DNA of 64,000 nt from an uncultured Gemmatimonadales bacterium. Lineage in GTDB: Bacteria > Gemmatimonadota > Gemmatimonadetes > Longimicrobiales > RSA9. Made by a program: the position numbers and the translations under genes. Of this stretch, positions 50,651 through 63,527 are shown one piece after another. The notes beneath the pieces were generated by a model. The model was not told where the DNA came from and made no database searches. It saw only the letters and a program-made list of their open reading frames with translations. Where the stretch lies: NCBI GenBank assembly GCA_963708135.1, contig OY970192.1:1344001-1408000 (forward strand). The letters run 5' to 3'. The stretch's first letter is position 1. Each line of letters begins with the position of its first letter.

Positions 50651-51742
50651 TTAGGGCGCGCGCGAGCCGTCGCTGCCCCGGCTCGACGCCCGCTCCGGCC
50701 CCGGTTCGAGCGGCGGCATGCTCTCGCGGATCCGCAGGAAGGCGTCCGAGACCAGCGGGTCGAAGTGCCGGCCGGTCTGCGCCTCGATCTCGGCGGCGAC
50801 CTTCTCCGGCGGCCATGCAGGGCGGTAGGGGCGGGTATGGGAGAGCGCGTCGTAGACGTCGGCCACGGCCACGATGCGCGCGGGCAGCGGCGTCTCGGCG
50901 CCCCTCAGGCCGGCGTAGCCGGCGCCGTCCCATCGCTCGTGGTGGTAGAGTGCGATCTCCTCCGCGAGCTGGAGCAGCGGGGAGCGGCTTCCCGAAAGCA
51001 TGCCGGCGCCGATCACCGTGTGGGCCTTCATCTCCTCGAACTCCTCCGGCGTCAGCTTGCCGGGCTTCAGGAGAATGGTGTCGGAAATGCCGATCTTGCC
51101 TATGTCGTGGAGCGGTGCCGCCTGGCGGATGAGGTCCACCTCGCTGCCGGCGAGCCCTATGGCGGCAGCCAGCAGCGCCGACACCTCGCCCACCCGCTGC
51201 GCGTGCATGCCGGTGTCGAAGTCGCGGTATTCCGCCGCGCGCGCCAGCCGCTCCAGGATCTCGAGGCGGGCCTCCTCCAGCTCCACGGTCCGGTCCCGCA
51301 CCTTCTCCTCGAGCACCAGGTTGTGCCGCCGGAGCTGCAGGTGCAGGAACCGCGTCTCGAGCAGGTTGTGGATCCGCAGCACGATCTCGGTGGCGTCGAG
51401 CGGCTTGATCAGGAAGTCCTTCGCCCCGTTGGAGAGGGCGCGCTTCTTGGCCTGGGAGGTGATGTCCGCGGTGAGCACCAGGATCGGCAGGTAGTCGTCC
51501 GCCTGGATGCGCGGCCGCAACTGCTCCATGACGGCGAAGCCGTCGAGGTGCGGCATGTGCAGGTCGAGCAGCACGAGGTCCGGCCGGAACTCCAGGAACA
51601 ACGGCAGCACGTGGCGCGGATCCGTCGTCGTCCGCAGTTGGCTGTACCCGGCGCGCTGGAGGATTCGCTCGAGGAGCAGCACGTTCGGCGCCTCGTCATC
51701 GACGATGAGGACGCGTCCTTCGTGAACCGCCGGTTCCGCCAA
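50651..51742 (-). CDS. Response regulator with HD-GYP phosphodiesterase domain (RpfG-like)
   Basis: REC domain [41 protein letters not shown] start after GAGGAGG. Confidence 0.9.
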   Translation of the reverse strand: MAEPAVHEGRVLIVDDEAPNVLLLERILQRAGYSQLRTTTDPRHVLPLFLEFRPDLVLLDLHMPHLDGFAVMEQLRPRIQADDYLPILVLTADITSQAKKRALSNGAKDFLIKPLDATEIVLRIHNLLETRFLHLQLRRHNLVLEEKVRDRTVELEEARLEILERLARAAEYRDFDTGMHAQRVGEVSALLAAAIGLAGSEVDLIRQAAPLHDIGKIGISDTILLKPGKLTPEEFEEMKAHTVIGAGMLSGSRSPLLQLAEEIALYHHERWDGAGYAGLRGAETPLPARIVAVADVYDALSHTRPYRPAWPPEKVAAEIEAQTGRHFDPLVSDAFLRIRESMPPLEPGPERASSRGSDGSRAP

Positions 51743-52051
51743 GTGCGAGGCCTCCTCGCCGTGCCGGGTCGAACGAGCTGAATGGGCACCGCCGGGCGAG
51801 GCAACTCCAAGCACGCGCAAGCGCCGCCTGCCCTCGCCGTGCCCCGAACGCAGCGGTGGATTGGGTACTGCCTCAGCGGTCCTGATCGGCCTAACGCTAA
51901 GTACGACAACATCGGAAATCAAGATCGCATCGGGCGCCGAAGGCCGCCCGGGCGGCCGCCGGAACGACATCCGCGGTTGACGCCGTCCCGCGCCAGCCGC
52001 ATCCTTGGCGCCGGCGCCGGCCCCTACCACGAAACAGCCAGGAGAGGTTCC

Positions 52052-53356
52052 ATGCGACGCCGTCCGTTCCGCCGTCCGGCCCCCTTCCGCCTCCTCCTCG
52101 CGGCGCTGCTCGCCGGGGCCGCCGCGGCACTCGGCGCCGCGCCGCCGCGAGCGGCCGCGCCGCCGCGCTGCGCGCAGGGGAACGGGGGCATCACGTTGCC
52201 ACGTGGCTTCTGCGCCGTCGTGGTCGCCGACAGCCTCGAGGGTCCCCGGCACCTCGCCGTCGCGCCGAACGGCGACCTCTACGTCGCCCTCGTGGGCCGG
52301 CGGGGACAGGGCGGCGGCATCGTCGCCCTGCGCGATACGACCGACGACGGCCGGGCCGACGTCGTGCGCCGCTTCGGCACCGTCGGTGGGACCGGTCTCG
52401 CGTTGCGCGGGAACCATCTCTACTTCGCGCCCAACGGCGCGGTGCTGCGCTACACGATTTCCGCCGACGCGCTGGCGCCCACCGCGCCGCCGGACACGAT
52501 CGTGGCGGGACTGCCGGCCCAGCACGGGCATACGATGAAGGCGATCGTGCTTGGGCCGGACGACGCACTCTACGTCAACGTCGGCTCCCCCAGCAACTCC
52601 TGCCAGGCGGCCGACCGCGAGCTCCGCTCGCCTGGCCACGACCCCTGCACGCAGCTCGAGACGCGCGCCGGCATCTGGCGCTTCCACGCGGATCGCACCG
52701 GTCAGACGCAGGCCGATGGGGTCCGCTTCGCCACGGGCATCCGCAACGCCGTCGGGCTCACCATCGGAGGGGACGGCGCGCTCTGGGCTACGCAGCACGG
52801 GCGCGACCAGCTCTTTCAGAGCTGGCCCTCTCTCTACAATGCGCGCCAGGGCGCGGAGCTGCCCTCGGAGGAGCTGCTCCGCGTCACCCGCGGGGCCGAT
52901 TTCGGCTGGCCCTACTGCTACCACGACTGGCACAAGGGCCACCTCGTGCTCGCCCCCGAGTACGGCGGCAACGGGACGCGCGTCGGGCGCTGCGCGGACA
53001 AGCAGGAGCCCGTCGTCGCATTCCCCGGCCACTGGGCGCCCGACGGCCTCCTCTACTACCGTGGCGACGCCTTCCCCGAGCACTACCGCGGCGGCTTCTT
53101 CATCGCCTTCCACGGCTCCTGGAACCGCGCGCCGGAGCCGCAGGCCGGCTACAAGGTCGTCTTCGTCCCAATGCACGGGAACAGGCCGGGACGCTACGAG
53201 ACCTTCGCCGACGGCTTCGCCGGCGCCAGCGTGCAGCCGGGCACCGCCGCCCACCGGCCGACGGGGCTGGCGGAGGGCCCGGACGGCTCGCTCTACGTCA
53301 GCGACGACCTGGGCGGCCGCATCTGGCGAATCATGCCCCTGCCGGAGGAGCGCTGA
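52052..53356 (+). CDS. PQQ-dependent sugar/sorbosone dehydrogenase family, secreted
   Basis: Signal peptide, LP.GF, PRHL, G.RN.VG, QHGRDQL, GWPYCY, HGSWNR. Confidence 0.88.
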   Translation: MRRRPFRRPAPFRLLLAALLAGAAAALGAAPPRAAAPPRCAQGNGGITLPRGFCAVVVADSLEGPRHLAVAPNGDLYVALVGRRGQGGGIVALRDTTDDGRADVVRRFGTVGGTGLALRGNHLYFAPNGAVLRYTISADALAPTAPPDTIVAGLPAQHGHTMKAIVLGPDDALYVNVGSPSNSCQAADRELRSPGHDPCTQLETRAGIWRFHADRTGQTQADGVRFATGIRNAVGLTIGGDGALWATQHGRDQLFQSWPSLYNARQGAELPSEELLRVTRGADFGWPYCYHDWHKGHLVLAPEYGGNGTRVGRCADKQEPVVAFPGHWAPDGLLYYRGDAFPEHYRGGFFIAFHGSWNRAPEPQAGYKVVFVPMHGNRPGRYETFADGFAGASVQPGTAAHRPTGLAEGPDGSLYVSDDLGGRIWRIMPLPEER

Positions 53357-53474
53357 CCCCCGCCCTGGGGCCACGGGGCACGCGTATGGAAACCGCTCCG
53401 AGGGGGCGGTGTACGCAGGTAAAGGCCGCCCGTCGGTGGCCTCTCGCGGCGCTGCGCGCGGCGCCCGCGGATCG

Positions 53475-53503
53475 TTGACAACGCGTTGGTCTCGTGCCAG
53501 CTT
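53475..53503 (+). promoter_or_regulatory. Candidate sigma70 promoter of secD-secF
   Basis: TTGACA-17bp-CAGCTT with a TG extension. Confidence 0.5.
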
Positions 53504-53569
53504 ACGGGCTTGTTCCCGAAACGCGGCTGACCCGCGCGAAGCTCGCGAACTCTCACCGGAAGACGGTTC

Positions 53570-55240
53570 ATGTTCGGCACGCTCAAGGGCCGGATCCTCG
53601 TCATCCTGGCCGTGCTGGCCGTGGCGGGGTTCTACCTCTACAGTCACGGCCTGAAGCTCGGCCTGGACCTGCAGGGCGGGATGCACCTGGCCCTCGAGGT
53701 CTCGGATCCGAACCACACCATGACACCGAAGGTGCGCGCGGACGCCACGGACCGGGCGCTCGAGATCATCCGCAACCGGATCAATAGTTTCGGCGTGCAG
53801 GAGCCGCTCGTGCAGAAGGTCGGCTCGGACCGCATCCTGGTGGAGCTGGCGGGCATCCGGGACCCGGCGCGCGCCAAGAAGGTGATCGAGCAGACGGCAT
53901 TTCTCCAGTTCGAGTTGGTGAAGAAGGGCGGGGAGGTGATGCAGGACCTGCCGCGGATCGATCGCGCGGTGCTCGCCTCGGTCGGGCCGGAGGGGGTCAA
54001 GGCCGGCGCGGCCGGGACACCCGCGGGCAAGCAGGGCGCGCCGCAGCAGACGCTGAACCTGATCTTCGGGCGCAAGGACTCCGCCGCCGCGGGCAAGGAC
54101 ACGACGGCGGGCGGGAGCGACACGACGAAGGCCGGCGCCGCCGCGACGGCCTCGGACACCGCGGCCGGCGCGCAGGACACGGTCGCCGCCCAGCGGCCCT
54201 TCAGCAGTCTCCTCCTGGAAAGCGGGTCGGAGGGCGAGTTCCTGGTGGCGGAAAACGATGTGCCGGCGGTGACCAGGTACCTGTCTCTGCCGGAGGTGCA
54301 ACGCTCGCTGCCGCGCAACACCACGCTGCTCTGGTCGGCGCACCCGGAGGGGAAGGGTGCCAGCCTCTACCGCCGGCTGTACGCGCTCGATGACCGGCCG
54401 TTCCTCACGGGCGACCAGCTCGAGGACGCGCAGGCGGGCCGCGATCCGCAGTTCAATCAGACGATCGTCAGCTTCCAGCTGAACCGGCGCGGCGGGCGCA
54501 CGTTCCAGAACGTGACGAGCCAGCACATCGGGGACCTGATCGCGATCGTGCTGGACAACAAGGTCTACAGCGCGCCGGTCGTGCAGTCGGAGATCGGGGC
54601 GCGCGGTCAGATCGAGATGGGCCAGTCGCCGATGACGGAGGCGCGCGACCTGGCGCTCGTGCTCCGGGCCGGCGCGCTGCCGGCGCCGCTGCACGTGGTG
54701 GAGGAGCGCACGGTGGGCCCGTCACTCGGCGCGGATTCGGTGAGCAAGGGCAAGCTGGCCGGGATCGCCGGCATCCTGATCGTGATCCTGATCATGCTGG
54801 GCTACTACCACTTCGCCGGGTTCCTGGCGGTCACGGCGCTGTGCAGCTACGTGCTGGTCGTGCTGGGCGGGCTCGCGGCCTTCAACGCCACGCTGACGGC
54901 GCCCGGGATCGCCGGCTTCATCCTGTCGATCGGGATGGGCGTGGACGCGAACGTGCTGATCTTCGAGCGCATCCGCGAGGAGCTCACCGGGGGCAGGACC
55001 GTGCGCGCGGCCGTGGATGCCGGCTTCCAGGAAGCGATGTCGGCCATCATCGACACGCACCTGACCACACTGATCACGGCGCTGATCCTCTACTACGTCG
55101 GGACGGGCGCGGTGCGCGGCTTCGCCGTCACGCTCTCGGTGGGTATCGTCGCTTCCTTCTTCTCCTCGGTCTTCGTGACCCGCACGCTGTTCCTGCTCTA
55201 CATGGAGCGGCGGGCGTCCACGGAGCCGATCAGCATCTGA
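53570..55240 (+). CDS. secD: Protein translocase subunit SecD
   Basis: [46 protein letters not shown]. Confidence 0.97.
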   Translation: MFGTLKGRILVILAVLAVAGFYLYSHGLKLGLDLQGGMHLALEVSDPNHTMTPKVRADATDRALEIIRNRINSFGVQEPLVQKVGSDRILVELAGIRDPARAKKVIEQTAFLQFELVKKGGEVMQDLPRIDRAVLASVGPEGVKAGAAGTPAGKQGAPQQTLNLIFGRKDSAAAGKDTTAGGSDTTKAGAAATASDTAAGAQDTVAAQRPFSSLLLESGSEGEFLVAENDVPAVTRYLSLPEVQRSLPRNTTLLWSAHPEGKGASLYRRLYALDDRPFLTGDQLEDAQAGRDPQFNQTIVSFQLNRRGGRTFQNVTSQHIGDLIAIVLDNKVYSAPVVQSEIGARGQIEMGQSPMTEARDLALVLRAGALPAPLHVVEERTVGPSLGADSVSKGKLAGIAGILIVILIMLGYYHFAGFLAVTALCSYVLVVLGGLAAFNATLTAPGIAGFILSIGMGVDANVLIFERIREELTGGRTVRAAVDAGFQEAMSAIIDTHLTTLITALILYYVGTGAVRGFAVTLSVGIVASFFSSVFVTRTLFLLYMERRASTEPISI

Positions 55241-55259
55241 CGCCAGGACGGGCACGGAC

Positions 55260-56225
55260 ATGCGACTCTTCGGGCACGCCAGCTTCAAGTTCATCGAGAG
55301 CCGGAAGAAGGCCTATATCGGCAGCGCCATCATGCTCAGCCTGGGCATCGCGATGGCGGTCTTCTGGCAGATCCAGAAAGGCTCCTGGCTGAACTACGGC
55401 GTGGACTTCACCGGCGGCACGCTGGTCCAGGTCCACTTCAATCAGCCGGTACAGGTTTCGAGGCTGCGCGACGTGGTGAATTCCACGCTGCCGGGCACGG
55501 AGATCACCAAGTTCGGCGCGGAGAACGAGTTCCTCATTCGTGCGCCGCAGTTCACGGCCGGAGGCGAGAGCGGCGCCGTGGGCGAGCGGGTGAACACCGC
55601 GCTTACGCAGACGTTCGGGCAGCAGGCGTTCCGCGTGGTACGCACGGAGGCGGTGGGCGCGAAGGTCGGCGGCGAGCTCCAGAGCAGGGCGCTGCTCGCC
55701 GTGCTGGTCTCCTTCTTCGCCACGCTGCTCTACCTGGCGTTCCGCTTCGAGTGGCGCTTCGGGCTGGCCGCGACCCTGGCCACGTTCCACGACATCATCT
55801 TCACGCTCGGCTTCATTGCCGCGTTCCGGGTGGATGTGTCGCTGCCCACCGTGGCGGCGGTGCTGACGATCGTCGGCTACTCGCTGAACGACACGGTCAT
55901 CATCTTCGATCGGATCCGCGAGAACCTGAAGAAGTACGGGCGCAAGAAACCCTACATCGACATCCTGGACGAATCCATCAACGAGACGCTGCCGCGCACC
56001 GTGCTTACGGCGGGTACCACGCTGGCCACCCTGTACGCGCTGTTCTTCCTGGGCGGCGAGACGCTGAGGGCGTTCGCCGAGATCCTCATCGTCGGCATCA
56101 TGACGGGGACCTACTCCTCGATCTTCGTGGCATCCCCGATCCTGCTGGAGATCGAGAAGCGCTGGGGGGAGTCGACCAAGCGCAGCCGCGCCCGGCCCTC
56201 GCCCGCCACGGCCGCGCGGGTTTGA
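55260..56225 (+). CDS. secF: Protein translocase subunit SecF
   Basis: GVDFTGG, RFEW, HD, GYSLNDTV.IFDRIRE, GTYSSIF.A. Confidence 0.97.
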   Translation: MRLFGHASFKFIESRKKAYIGSAIMLSLGIAMAVFWQIQKGSWLNYGVDFTGGTLVQVHFNQPVQVSRLRDVVNSTLPGTEITKFGAENEFLIRAPQFTAGGESGAVGERVNTALTQTFGQQAFRVVRTEAVGAKVGGELQSRALLAVLVSFFATLLYLAFRFEWRFGLAATLATFHDIIFTLGFIAAFRVDVSLPTVAAVLTIVGYSLNDTVIIFDRIRENLKKYGRKKPYIDILDESINETLPRTVLTAGTTLATLYALFFLGGETLRAFAEILIVGIMTGTYSSIFVASPILLEIEKRWGESTKRSRARPSPATAARV

Positions 56226-56250
56226 GCCGCGCGCGCCGGCACGGCGCCCG

Positions 56251-56282
56251 GAAGGCCGCCTCCGCCGGGGGCGGCCTTCTTC
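56251..56282 (+). terminator. Hairpin after secF
   Basis: GAAGGCCGCC-N9-GGCGGCCTTC followed by TT. Confidence 0.55.
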
Positions 56283-56295
56283 GCGCCCGGAGGTC

Positions 56296-57069
56296 GTGAT
56301 GCTCTTCGATTCGCACTGTCACCTCACGGATGAGCGCCTCATCGGCGAGGTGGACGATGTGGTCGCACGCGCCCGCGCGGTCGGCGTGGACCGCATGGTC
56401 ACGGTCGGTACCGGCCCCGACGACGCCGAGGCGGCCGCGTCGCTCGCGGCGCGCCTGCCGGGCGTCTGGGCGAGCGCCGGCATCCATCCGCACGACGCGG
56501 CGGGCGCGGACGACGCCTCGCTCGGCCGGATCCGTGAGCTGCTCTCGAGACCCCGCATGGTCGCGCTCGGTGAGATCGGCCTGGACTACCACTACGACCA
56601 TTCGCCCCGCGACGCGCAGCGGCGCGCGTTCCGGCGTCAGCTCGAGATGGCGGGGGAGCTCGACCTGCCGGTGATCGTCCACTCGCGCGAAGCCGATGCC
56701 GACACGGCGGCCCTGATCGCCGAGGCAGCCGGTTCCGTTCGCGGCGTGCTGCACTGCTTCGCGGGCGGAAAGGCGCTGCTCGACGCGGGGCTCGCCGCCG
56801 GCTGGTCGATCTCCTTCTCGGGGCTGATCAGCTTCCGCAACTACGACGGCGCCGACCTGGTCCGCGCCGTCCCGGCCGACCGGCTCCTGATCGAAACCGA
56901 CAGCCCGTACCTCGCGCCCGTTCCCCGCCGCGGCAAGCGCAACGAGCCCGCGTTCGTGCGCCACGTCGCGGAGGCGGCCGCGACGCTCCGGGACGAGCCC
57001 TTCGAGACCCTCGCGCGCCGCTCGTCGGCGAACGCGGCGGAGTTCTACGGCCTCGCGCCGGGCGAGTGA
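56296..57069 (+). CDS. TatD family deoxyribonuclease
   Basis: DSHCHL, GIHPH, GEIGLDY, HSRE, HCF, ETDSPYL.P. Confidence 0.95.
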   Translation: MMLFDSHCHLTDERLIGEVDDVVARARAVGVDRMVTVGTGPDDAEAAASLAARLPGVWASAGIHPHDAAGADDASLGRIRELLSRPRMVALGEIGLDYHYDHSPRDAQRRAFRRQLEMAGELDLPVIVHSREADADTAALIAEAAGSVRGVLHCFAGGKALLDAGLAAGWSISFSGLISFRNYDGADLVRAVPADRLLIETDSPYLAPVPRRGKRNEPAFVRHVAEAAATLRDEPFETLARRSSANAAEFYGLAPGE

Positions 57070-57192
57070 TTTTCGTGCCCGGATCCCGTATCTTTCCACG
57101 TCGCGGAGCGACGCCCCGTGCGTCTCACCGCCGCGGTCGTCGCGGTCGCTCGTGAACGTGAACGCATGCGAAGGCCGGGTCGAGATTCCCTG

Positions 57193-58969
<1,777 letters not shown>

Positions 58970-58977
<8 letters not shown>

Positions 58978-59929
58978 GCCGGTCGGGGGCGGCCGGCCGG
59001 ACGCCCTGGCGATCACCGGCGCCACCGCCACCGGCAAGACGGCGCTCGCCCTCGAGGTGGCCGCGCGGCTGGACGGCGAGGTCGTCTCCGCGGACTCCCG
59101 GCAGGTCTATCGCGGGATGGACATTGGCACGGCCAAGGCGACGGCGGCGGAGCGCGCGGCCGTGCCGCACCACGGGCTGGACCTCATCTCGCCCGCCGAG
59201 CGCTACAGCGCCGGACGCTTCGCGAGGGAGGCGCGCGGCTGGGTCGCGGGCATCCGGGCGCGCGGCCGCGTTCCCCTCCTGGTCGGCGGGACGGGCTTCT
59301 TCCTGCGCGCGCTCACGCACCCGCTCTTCCGCGAGCCCGCGCTGGAGGCCGAGCGGCGCCGCGCCCTGGAGCGCTGGCTCCGGCCGCTCAGCGATGCGAA
59401 ACTTCTCGCCTGGCTGCGCGCTTTGGATCCTGCGACGGCGTCCGTCCTCGAGCGGGGCGGCGGACGGCAACGCAGGCTGCGCGCGCTGGAAGTTGCCCTG
59501 CTGAGCGGGCGTCCGCTATCGTGGTGGCACGCCCACGCACCCGCGCCGGAGCAGCCGCTCGATCTGCTCGTGTTCGTCCTCGAGATGCCGCGCGAGGCGC
59601 TCTACCGCCGCATCGATGCGCGCGTCGACGCGATGCTCGAGGCCGGCCTCGTGGAGGAGGTGCGGCGGGTCGTGGCGGCGTGGGGAGAGGGCGCGCCTGG
59701 GATGAGTGCCACCGGCTACGCCGAGCTCGCGCCGTACCTGCGCGGGGAGACGTCGCTCGCGGTGGCGGCGGACATGGTCCGGCGGGCGACGCGCCGCTAC
59801 GCGCGCCGCCAGCAGACCTGGCTCCGGCACCAGCTGCCGGCCGGCGCCGTTCGGCTGGACGCGACCCGTTCCGTTGCGGAGCTCGCCGATGATATCGCCG
59901 CACGCTGGCGGCGGGAGGAGGCATCCTGA
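58970..59929 (+). CDS. miaA: tRNA dimethylallyltransferase MiaA
   Basis: GATATGKT, DSRQVYRGMDIGTAK, VGGTG, TRRYARRQ.TW. Confidence 0.95.
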
Positions 59930-61047
59930 AGATCGGCATCACTTGCTACCCCGTCTACGGCGGCTCCGGCGTCGTGGCCACGGAGCTCGGGCTGCAGCTC
60001 GCGGCTCGCGGCCACGAGGTCCACTTCATCAGCTACGCCCAGCCGTTCCGCCTCCCCTACTTCGTGGAGCGCGTCTACTACCACGAGGTGGACGTCCCCA
60101 CCTACCCCCTCTTCGACTACCCTCCGTACGCCGTGGCGCTCACGGCCGCCATGCACAACACGGCCGTGAAGCGGGGGCTCGACCTGCTCCACGTGCACTA
60201 CGCCGTGCCGCACGCGACCTCCGCCTGGATGGCGCGCGAGATGCTCGGGCGCGACGACTTCAAGGTCGTCACCACCCTGCACGGCACCGACATCACGCTG
60301 GTCGGGCAGGACCCATCCTTCTACTCGATCACCCGCTTCTCCATCCAGAAGTCGGATGGGCTCACCGCGGTGTCGAACTACCTGAAGCGCGAGACCGTGG
60401 TGCGCTTCGACGTGGCGCCGGAGCGCATCCGCGTGGTCCCGAACTTCGTGGATCTGGACAAGTACCGGCGCGACCAGTACCCCTGCCACCGCGCCAAGCT
60501 GGCGGAGGAGGGCGAGAAGATCCTCATGCACATCTCCAACTTCCGGCCGGTCAAGCGCATCACCGACGCCGTCCGCATCTTCGCGCGCGTGAACCGCCGC
60601 ATGCCATCCCGGCTCGTGCTCATCGGCGACGGGCCCGAGCGCGGCCGCGTGCAACAGGTGGCGGAGGAAGAAGGGATCTCGGATCGTGTCACGCTGCTCG
60701 GGAAGCAGGAGTCGGTGGCGGAGCTGCTGTCGTGCGCGGACCTGCTGCTGCTGCCGAGCGAGTCGGAGGCCTTCGGACTCGTCGCCCTCGAAGCCATGGC
60801 GTGCGGGGTCCCGGTCGTCGCCACCGCGGTCGGCGGCCTGCCCGAGGTCGTGCCGCAGGGGCATGGCGGGTTCCTCGCCCCGGTGGGAGCGCTGGAGGAG
60901 ATGGCGCAGGATGCCGTCTACCTGCTCGAGAGCAGGGAGCGGTGGAACGAGGCAAGCGCCGCGGCCAGGCGGGCGGCCGAGCGCTACGATGCGAACCGCG
61001 TCGTGCCTCTCTACGTGGAGTACTACGAAGAGGTGCTCGGACGGTGA
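59926..61047 (+). CDS. bshA: N-acetyl-alpha-D-glucosaminyl L-malate synthase BshA (CTG start)
   Basis: (M)KIGITCYP.YGGSGVVATELG, HVHYAVPHA, TTLHGTDIT, HISNFRPVKR, EAFGLVALEAMA. Confidence 0.92.
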   Translation: MKIGITCYPVYGGSGVVATELGLQLAARGHEVHFISYAQPFRLPYFVERVYYHEVDVPTYPLFDYPPYAVALTAAMHNTAVKRGLDLLHVHYAVPHATSAWMAREMLGRDDFKVVTTLHGTDITLVGQDPSFYSITRFSIQKSDGLTAVSNYLKRETVVRFDVAPERIRVVPNFVDLDKYRRDQYPCHRAKLAEEGEKILMHISNFRPVKRITDAVRIFARVNRRMPSRLVLIGDGPERGRVQQVAEEEGISDRVTLLGKQESVAELLSCADLLLLPSESEAFGLVALEAMACGVPVVATAVGGLPEVVPQGHGGFLAPVGALEEMAQDAVYLLESRERWNEASAAARRAAERYDANRVVPLYVEYYEEVLGR

Positions 61048-61910
61048 GCGCCCCCGTGGCCCCGGGCGGCGACCTCGTCGCCGACTCCTGGGAGGGCGAG
61101 ACCCGCGCCCACTGGCAAGCGTTCTGGGCGGTCCCGGCGCTCCACATCTACCAGCGCGCCGGCTCGACGAACGACATCGCCCGGCGGCTGGCGGAGGCGG
61201 GCGCGCCGGCCGGGACCGTCGTGCTGACCCGGGAGCAGCCGGCTGGACGCGGGCAGCACGGACGCGTCTGGCACGTCGCGCCGGGGAAGGCGCTGCCGCT
61301 CTCCATCGTGCTGCGCCCCCGGCCGGTGGTCGGGCCGGATGCGAGTCCGGCCGTGGTGCCGCTCCGCGTGGGCATGGCCCTGGCCCGCGCCCTCGAGCGG
61401 GCCACCGGCGCCGCCATCGGCCTCAAGTGGCCGAACGACATCGTGCTGCAGGACCGCAAGGTCGGGGGCATCCTGTGCGAGGGTGCGCTCTCCTTCGCCG
61501 GCGACGGCTTCATCGTGGCCGGCATAGGAGTGAACGTCCGCCAGGCGCCGGCCGACTGGCCGGAGGCCGTCCGGCCCCTGGCCACCTCGCTCGAGATGGC
61601 GACGGGCGCCCCGGTCTCGCTTCCGGGCGTGGCCGGCGCCATCATCGCCGAAGTGCTCGCGCTGGGAGCCGGCGCCGCGCTGCCGCTCTCGGCGGATGAG
61701 GTGGGGGAGTTCGCCCGCCGGGACGTGCTCCGCGGCCGCGCCGTCACGCTCGATGGCGAGCCCGCGGGCACCGCGCTCGGCCTCGATCGATCCGGCGCGC
61801 TCCTCGTCCGCTCGCCGGGTGGCGCCGTCCGGGTCCTCCGGTCGGGGACGGTCCGACCCGCCTGCGTCGCCGCGCTGGCGGACGTCCACAGACAGCCCAC
61901 GAGTCCATGA
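61044..61910 (+). CDS. birA: Biotin-[acetyl-CoA-carboxylase] ligase without HTH
   Basis: STND, Q..GRGQHGR.W, LKWPNDI, KVGGILCE, GIGVN. Confidence 0.9.
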   Translation: MSAPVAPGGDLVADSWEGETRAHWQAFWAVPALHIYQRAGSTNDIARRLAEAGAPAGTVVLTREQPAGRGQHGRVWHVAPGKALPLSIVLRPRPVVGPDASPAVVPLRVGMALARALERATGAAIGLKWPNDIVLQDRKVGGILCEGALSFAGDGFIVAGIGVNVRQAPADWPEAVRPLATSLEMATGAPVSLPGVAGAIIAEVLALGAGAALPLSADEVGEFARRDVLRGRAVTLDGEPAGTALGLDRSGALLVRSPGGAVRVLRSGTVRPACVAALADVHRQPTSP

Positions 61911-62731
61911 CCCTCGTCTTCGACATCGGCAACACCGAGACCGTGATCGGCCTCTTCGAGGCCGCGGAGCTCCTCGACCACTGGCGGATCTCGACCGCCC
62001 CGGAACGGACCGTGGACGAGCTGGGGCTCCTCGTGCGCTCCCTCATCCGCGAGTCCGGCTTCGAGCTCCACCACCTGAGCGGCGCCGCCATCGGCTCCGT
62101 CGTTCCCCAGGTCAACGCGATCTTCATGGAGGCCTGCCAGCGCCACCTCGGCCCCACCCCCGTCCTCGTGGACGCTCGCTCGCCTCTCCCGATCCGCCTC
62201 GACGTCGAGGAGCCCTTCTCCGTCGGCGCGGACCGCATCGTCAACACGCTCGCCGCCTCCCGTCTCTACCAGACCGACACCATTGCCGTCGATTTCGGCA
62301 CGGCCACCACCTTCGACTGCATCTCGGCTGACGGCATCTTCCGCGGCGGCGTCATCATGCCGGGCGTGCGAACCGGCGCCGAGACGCTCGTGCGCCGCAC
62401 CGCCAAGCTGCCGCGGGTCAACCTCTCGCCCCCCGAGACCATCATCGGCCGCCGCACGGAGGCCTCGCTCCGCAGCGGCATCTTCTACGGCACCGTCGAT
62501 GCCATCGACGGGATCGTCCGCCGCATCCGCGAGGAGTGGGGACGACCCCACGCTCTCGTCGTCGCCACCGGCGGGCTGGCGCCGCTGGTCGCCCCGCACT
62601 GCCGCTCCGTGGACCGGATCGAGCCGTTCCTCACCCTCTACGGCCTCGACCTCGCCCACGACTTCATCGTCCACGGCCCCGGCGGCCGCGTGACCTCGCT
62701 CAAGCCACCCCCCGGACGGGGACGCCGCTGA
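61907..62731 (+). CDS. coaX: Type III pantothenate kinase
   Basis: DIGNT, VGADR, DFGTATTFD, GG.I.PG, ATGG. Confidence 0.95.
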   Translation: MTLVFDIGNTETVIGLFEAAELLDHWRISTAPERTVDELGLLVRSLIRESGFELHHLSGAAIGSVVPQVNAIFMEACQRHLGPTPVLVDARSPLPIRLDVEEPFSVGADRIVNTLAASRLYQTDTIAVDFGTATTFDCISADGIFRGGVIMPGVRTGAETLVRRTAKLPRVNLSPPETIIGRRTEASLRSGIFYGTVDAIDGIVRRIREEWGRPHALVVATGGLAPLVAPHCRSVDRIEPFLTLYGLDLAHDFIVHGPGGRVTSLKPPPGRGRR

Positions 62732-62875
62732 GCCCGCTGAGCCCGCGTCCCACTGGAAATCGGCCCCGCCCTCGATTAGCTTCCGCCGTTGCTCGCCGCC
62801 GGGGACCGCCCCCGGGCCCCCGCTCCGGGGCCGGCGGACGGGCAGACCACCGCGCCTGAAGGGGGTGAGTTCCGC

Positions 62876-63076
62876 ATGATCGAGGTGACGCTCGGCGAGA
62901 GCGACCGGCTGGACTGGGCGCTCAAGCAGTTCCGCCGAAAGCTGATCCGCTCCGGCCTGCTCAAGGAGATCAAGAAGAAGCGCTTCTACGAGAAGCCCAG
63001 CGAGGCCCGGAAGCGCAAGGCCGCTGCCGCCCGCCGCCGCGGCGGGCGCGCGCGCCGGAACGCCGCGCGAGGCTAG
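62876..63076 (+). CDS. rpsU: 30S ribosomal protein S21
   Basis: ALK.FRRK...G...E.KK..FYEKPSE.RKRK. Confidence 0.92.
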   Translation: MIEVTLGESDRLDWALKQFRRKLIRSGLLKEIKKKRFYEKPSEARKRKAAAARRRGGRARRNAARG

Positions 63077-63128
63077 GCACACTCCGCGCGCCGGACGGCC
63101 CGGGCGATGCCCAACGGCGCGCACCAGC

Positions 63129-63165
63129 CGCGGGAGGGAGGCGACGAGCTCGCCTCCCTCCTGCG
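63129..63165 (+). terminator. Hairpin downstream of rpsU
   Basis: CGCGGGAGGGAGGCGA-CGAGC-TCGCCTCCCTCCTGCG. Confidence 0.55.
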
Positions 63166-63414
63166 CGTTCCTGCCTCCGCCCGCCGGGATCGGCGCCCGC
63201 ACGGGCCAACATCCTCTCAAGACCCCCGCCCCTGACCGCTTTCAGACCACCCGCCTCCGCCGGGACGAGCCGGATTCCGCCGCACCAACTCGGCTTCGTC
63301 GTCATCGCCCGATCCCTCCGCGCCGGGAGCGTCAGATCGGCAGGCGCAGGTGTCGTTCTGGCACCCGCGCCGGGCATGCGGGGTGCAACGCGCGCGCGGG
63401 CCGCGGCGGCCTGC

Positions 63415-63442
63415 TTGACAAGGCCGGCCCGTGCGCTATGTT
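63415..63442 (+). promoter_or_regulatory. Sigma70 promoter of groES-groEL
   Basis: TTGACA-16bp-TATGTT directly upstream of CIRCE. Confidence 0.7.
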
Positions 63443-63454
63443 ACCGACGGCCTG

Positions 63455-63481
63455 CTAGCACTCGGTGGACGTGAGTGCTAG
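63455..63481. promoter_or_regulatory. CIRCE element (HrcA operator)
   Basis: CTAGCACTC-N9-GAGTGCTAG versus the consensus TTAGCACTC-N9-GAGTGCTAA. Confidence 0.95.
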
Positions 63482-63527
63482 CGGAAAGATCCAGCCGACC
63501 AACACCAACCAACGCGGAGGAGCCACC

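Noticed and set aside
50651..54694. 1347-aa ORF read as a giant HD-GYP fusion
   Set aside because: Only 50651-51742 is protein-like and has its own RBS. The rest is the antisense shadow of the PQQ dehydrogenase and secD.
59706..61910. 734-aa ORF suggesting an extended BirA
   Set aside because: The N-terminal part is an Arg-rich off-frame read of miaA and bshA. BirA starts at about 61044.
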